A stretch of DNA of 64,000 bases from positions 17,920,001 to 17,984,000 of the forward strand of contig NC_086118.1 of assembly GCF_963921235.1 (NCBI RefSeq). Reading direction: 5' to 3'. The position numbers and the translations under genes were made by a program. Shown here one piece after another: positions 59,246 to 64,000 of the stretch. The notes under the pieces are model-generated. The model saw only the letters and a program-made list of their open reading frames with translations. It was not told the origin of the DNA and searched no databases. The DNA comes from Mobula hypostoma. Taxonomy: Eukaryota. Numbering within the stretch: the first letter of the stretch is position 1; the number at the start of each line of letters is the position of its first letter.

Positions 59246-61392
59246 TAAGCAGAGCAGCCATTGTGTGAGTCGGCTGGTGTTGGATGGGATGTTGAAGCTT
59301 TGACTGACTGAGGATTCAGCAAAAAGATGTGTAGGCTGTAAGCAGATTTTTTTCATTATTTAGTCTTTCTTTTTTATTGCATATTTAGAGTAATGAGGAT
59401 GCAAGACAAGGTAGTGGAATGCTCCTCTTGCAGGATCTGGGAAGGCAGGAAGACATCCAGTATCTCTGACAACTACACCTGCAAGAAATGCATCCACCTG
59501 CAGCTTCTAACAGACCATGTTAAGGAGTAGGAGTTGGAGCTGGAACTGGATGAATTCTGGTGTATTCTGGAGGCTGAGGGGTTGATAGACAGGACATACT
59601 GGAGATAGTTACACTCAAGGTAATTGGGTGACCATCAGAAAGGAGAAAGAGGATAGGCAGCCACTGGCAGAGCACCCCTTGGCTGTTCCCATCAACAACA
59701 AGTAACCACTTTGGATACTGTTGGGGGGGATGGTTGACCAAGCAGAGGAAAGCTACAGCAGTCAGCTCTCTGACACCGATTCTGACTCTGTGGCTCAGAA
59801 GGGAAGAGGGAGAACAGGTGAGCTACAGTGATAGGGGATTTATTAGCTAGGGGAACAGAAAGGAGGTTCTGCAGACAAGAATCAGATTCCCGGATGGATT
59901 GTTGCCTCCCAGTTGCCAGGTCAGGGACATCTCAGATCAAGTCCACAGCATTCTTGAGTGGGAGGTTGAGCAGCCAGAAGTTATGTTCCACATTGGTATC
60001 AATAACTTAGGTAGGAAGAGGGACAAGGTTCTGCAAAGTGAGTTCAGGGAGTTAGCTGCTATGTTAAATGACAGGACCCCTAGTATTATAATCATAGGAT
60101 TGCTACCTGTGCCACATGTTAACAAATTTCACATCACATCCCGGTGATAATAAACCTGATTCTGATTTTGATGTTAGTGAGGCTTGAAATAGGAAGATGG
60201 TACAATTTTACATGTGGCTATGGAGTTGGTACAGGAGGGAGGTCTTCAGATTTTTGGATCATTAGGCTCTGTTCTGGGGAAGTTGGGACCTGTATGGAAG
60301 GAAAGGTTAGCACTTGAACTGCAGAGAGACTAATATCCTAGCAAGGTTTGCTGATGCTGCACACTGGGGGGAGGGGGGCTATACTAGAGTTGGATGGGGT
60401 TGGGGACCAGAGTGTCAGAACAGATAGTGGAGTGGTTGTAGAGGAATATGTTGTTAAGCCTACATACAAGGTGAAGAATCAAATTGTCGAGCATGGTGGG
60501 ACTAATGTTCTGAGCTGCGTACATTTCAATGCACGGAGTTTTGTAGGAAAGACTGCTCAGCTTAGGGCATGGATCAGCACGCAGAACTATGACATTGTAG
60601 CCATAAATGAAACTTGGTTGCAGGTGGGGCAGGACTTGTAGCTGAATATTCCAGGGATCCATTGCTTTAGATGTGATAGAGCGGGAAGGATTAAAGGGGG
60701 AGAGGTGACATTACTAGTCAGGGAAAATGTCACTGCAGTGCTCAGTCAGGAGAGACTGGAGAGCTTGTCTAGTGAAGCTTTATGGGTAGGACTGAGCAAT
60801 AAGAAAGGTATGATCATGTTAATGGGATTATGTTATAGGCTGTGGGATTTAGAGGAGCAACTTTCTAGAGTAATTGCAGACTGTTGCAAGAAACATAAGG
60901 TTGTGATCGTAGGTGATTTTAACTTTACAAATATTCCATGAGACTCTCGTACTGAAAAAGGGCTGGATGGGTAACAGTCTGTCAAATGCATTCAGGAAAG
61001 TTTCCTTAATCATTCATAGAAGCCCCAATGAAAGAGTGTGATGCTAGATCTCGTATTAGAGAATGAGACAGGGCAGGTGACAAGAGCTTCTGTAGGAGAA
61101 CATTTTGCATCTAATAATCATAATGCCATTAGCTTCAAGGTAATTATGGAAGAGGATAGGTCTAGTCCTCAGGTTGAGATTCAAATCTGAAATAAAGCCA
61201 ATCTTGATGGTATCAGAAAGGATCTGGCAAGTGTGAATTAGGATAGGTTGTTTTCTGGCAAAGGTATACATGGTAAGTGGGAGGCCTTCAAAAGTGAAAT
61301 TTTGAGAGTGCAGGGTTATATGTTCCTGTCAGAATAATAGGTAAGAAACTTGGGAAATTTGGTTTTTGTGAAATATTGAGGCCTTGGTTAAA
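59245..61392 (+). mobile_element. CR1 5' portion (ORF1 zinc finger/esterase + APE)
   Basis: ECSSC.IW....DNYTCKKC..LQLL, IGDLL, HFNARS, INETWL, VGDFNF. Contains a small LINE tail insert at 60122-60170 with TSD atgtta. Confidence 0.85.
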
Positions 61393-62241
61393 ACTGATGT
61401 TTTGGGCTAAGACCATCAGCATTTTATGTGTGTTACCCTGGATTTCCAGCATCTAAAGAATCTCTTGTGTTTATGACAGTTGTTATTTTTTTGTGAATAT
61501 GAGACCTCTACATTTGACTTCTGAAATTCCTGTCTCCATTCTTTTAACTGTTATAAATTTCTCCTCATTCAGCACTCAATAGTCAGTGATCTGTTGGTTT
61601 GATGAGGCAAGCTGTTTTATTTCTTGACTTCTCATGTCCATAATACATATCAATGAGAACAATGCAAAACTCGTACGTTCACCTTAACAAAACTTCATTC
61701 TTGAATTATGGACATCTCAAAACATCTGCCCTGCTTATGTCTCTGTGTGGACATATCTCACCTGCAATACCACAGACTTAGTTCATCCTGTTGGCTCATG
61801 ACTGGCAATGTTGGATCTAGAGACACTTTAGAACCTAACATATAGCCAATTTCACCATTTACAGAATACAGAGTGTGCACTGTGTCAAGCTTCTTGAAGG
61901 CTTTGGCATTCAGATGTAGGTCTCTAAAGAGTACCCAGTATTAGATCTGCTCTGTCACCAGGGCACTTAAAGTCTGATCCACTTATACTTCTGGTTTTGA
62001 TACCTTTGTGAAATTCAATAACGCTAAGGCATCCCTTGCCTTGTTCTTGAGTGGCACAAATGTGACATGTCACTTTGCAGAAACTGGCAGCTGTGTGATT
62101 CTGCTTTCATGCAGGCATGGACTGCTTCATTATCTGAGGAATTCCCGATGAACCTCAAGGTTGTAACTACAAGCATTCACGCTGCTGAACTTCGGATGGG
62201 AGAAAGATTCCTGATGCAGTAATTGGCAGTCATTAAGCTTA

Positions 62242-63476
62242 CGAGGGGTGATTGATAAGTTTGTGGCCTAAGGTAGAAGGATTCAATTTTAGAAAACCTA
62301 GCACATTTATTTTTCAATATAGTCCCCTCCTACATTTACACACTAAAGGCTGATTTATAGTTGTGCGTACAGATTACGCCGTAGCCTACGCAAGTGGGCT
62401 ACACCGTTGTGAGCGCTTATACTTGTGCGTTGGTGTGTCTGCGTCGCGCTGCAGTTCTCCGCAAAAATGCTAGCTGGCAGTGGGGTTTCTATGCCACTGT
62501 GTTGTTTCTTCGTGTTGAAACTCAACACAAAGAAACTCAAATTTCAAACAATGGTGACTGAAACTGAAGGAGGGTGAATTTTCTGTATGTACAGTGTAGT
62601 GTCACTTAACAGAATCAGGAATTTTGTGCCAAAATCGATTTGTCGAAAAAAATTGGCACGTACACCATGCGCACCCACCTGCCCGTGCAAGGCTTTATGG
62701 TCATGGTAGTCTTTCTCAGGGTAAACAAGTTTAAAGCAGGCATCTTTTCACGTAAAAGTGAAATGTGTCCTCCATAATTTCGGAGGTCTGTAAAGCTTTA
62801 TGGAAAGCTTTTCAGCCAGAGCTCCTTCCCTGCCCTTCAGTCGCCCAATGGGAAGCTATTGCAGTGTAGAAGGAAATGCGATGCTACCAAGTGGACCAAT
62901 CACAGTTGTTGCAGTCTGCGTTGCTGTGACGTGTAGTTACATTTTGGGAGAGGTGCGCGTTAGGCTACGGCGTAGGGTTTGCGTAGAGTACAGCGTAGGT
63001 TTCGCGGCTATGCTGTACCTACGGTGTCGATTTGACGCACAAGTATAAATCAGCCTTTAGTTCAGCGGTTGTGGAGCATACAGATCCCTTCTTTGTAGAA
63101 GTCGGCATCTTGGACCTCCAGGTGGTCCACAGCAGGGGTGATTGATAAGTTCGTGGCCTAAGGTAGAAGGCGATGAGTTATGCAGCTCTTGTTACATGCA
63201 CGTGCAGTTCAACTCTTTGATTGATAATGCAGGAAGTTTGACTTTAATAACTCATCTCCTTCTACCTTAGGCCACAAACTTATCAATCACCCTTGCTGTG
63301 GACCATGTTCTGGAGGTCCAAGACACCAACGTCTACAAAGGAGGGATCCGTATGCTCCATGACCGCTGGACTAAGTGTGTAAATGTAGGAAGGGACTATG
63401 TTGAAAAATAAATGTGCTAGGTTTTCTAAAATTGAATCCTTCTACCTTAGGCCACAAACTTACCAATCACTCTGCG
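62242..63476. mobile_element. Palindromic mariner-type MITE
   Basis: TA TSD (62240-62241 / 63477-63478), TIR cgaggggtgattgataagtttgtggcctaagg, long inverted arms, and internal TIR copies at 63134-63170 and 63258-63292. Confidence 0.88.
62347..63056. mobile_element. PIF/Harbinger-like non-autonomous element nested in the mariner MITE
   Basis: TIRs aggctgatttatagttgtgcgt / acgcacaagtataaatcagcct, 3-bp TWA flanks (taa / tta), CpG-rich. Confidence 0.75.
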
Positions 63477-64000
63477 TAGGAGATTGTCTCAGCAAACTTT
63501 GGCATTGAGGTCGAACTAGACCTATATCACCTGCAATTTCTTCACTTGTGTGAAATAGAATAGTGGCGAATTTTACCAATTGCTTCTTATAATCTTTAAT
63601 TTTGCTGTTGCTCCTTGATGTTACACGTGATGCTACTTGATGCACTCAGTCTTAGCTCCCATCAAAAAAAAAACCTCTTTTCAATTTGTCTGAGGTGGTG
63701 ATGAGGTTCAAGAGCTCCTGAAGGAATTTAAACTGGATACTGCTGTGCAGTTTATTTGTAAGTGACATCTCGTAGTGCAATCAGGGACCCTTTAATCAGT
63801 TCGGCTCCATATATTCAGACACACCTGCTGCTACTGCTGATGTATTCAAAACTTCTGGTAAGCTTAGTTTCACTTTAATGACGAGCACAAAACTTGTGCA
63901 GACATTTCGATGTAGTTCATATGGAGTTTCCTTCTATTGGAAGAGAGTTTAAATCAAGAAAACTTCCATCTTCTCAGGTTGATATGAAATCCTGCAGGAT

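Noticed and set aside
63978..64000. Possible next dynein exon after ttctcag, starting GTT GAT (VD)
   Set aside because: The expected continuation is VDDLKAKL-like, but this reads VDMKSCR. Probably a chance acceptor; the true exon likely lies beyond the window.

Overview
Vertebrate genomic DNA, probably a cartilaginous fish such as a ray or shark (inferred from the CR1/Rex1/Penelope-dominated repeats and an HE1-like V-SINE). The only host gene is an axonemal dynein heavy chain on the + strand, best matching DNAH9. Four in-phase GT-AG exons (1047-1170, 17192-17334, 34271-34432, 37791-38024) cover the AAA4-to-stalk region, separated by introns of about 16.0, 16.9, 3.4 and >25.9 kb. The introns are mostly nested transposon debris: CR1 and Rex1/Babar LINEs, Penelope-like elements (PLEs), Tc1, Tigger, mariner, hAT, Harbinger-like and Sola2-like DNA elements, and SINEs. 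The main finding is a PLE system. Its pseudo-LTRs carry minimal type I hammerhead ribozymes with a palindromic ACGU stem III, three with intact cores and two of those sense to the dynein pre-mRNA. Four insertions share a fold-back architecture with one complete end and one end cut at a fixed (CA)n site, and two of them share the same inversion junction in mirror image. All calls were made by eye without database searches, and the boundaries of old repeats are approximate.
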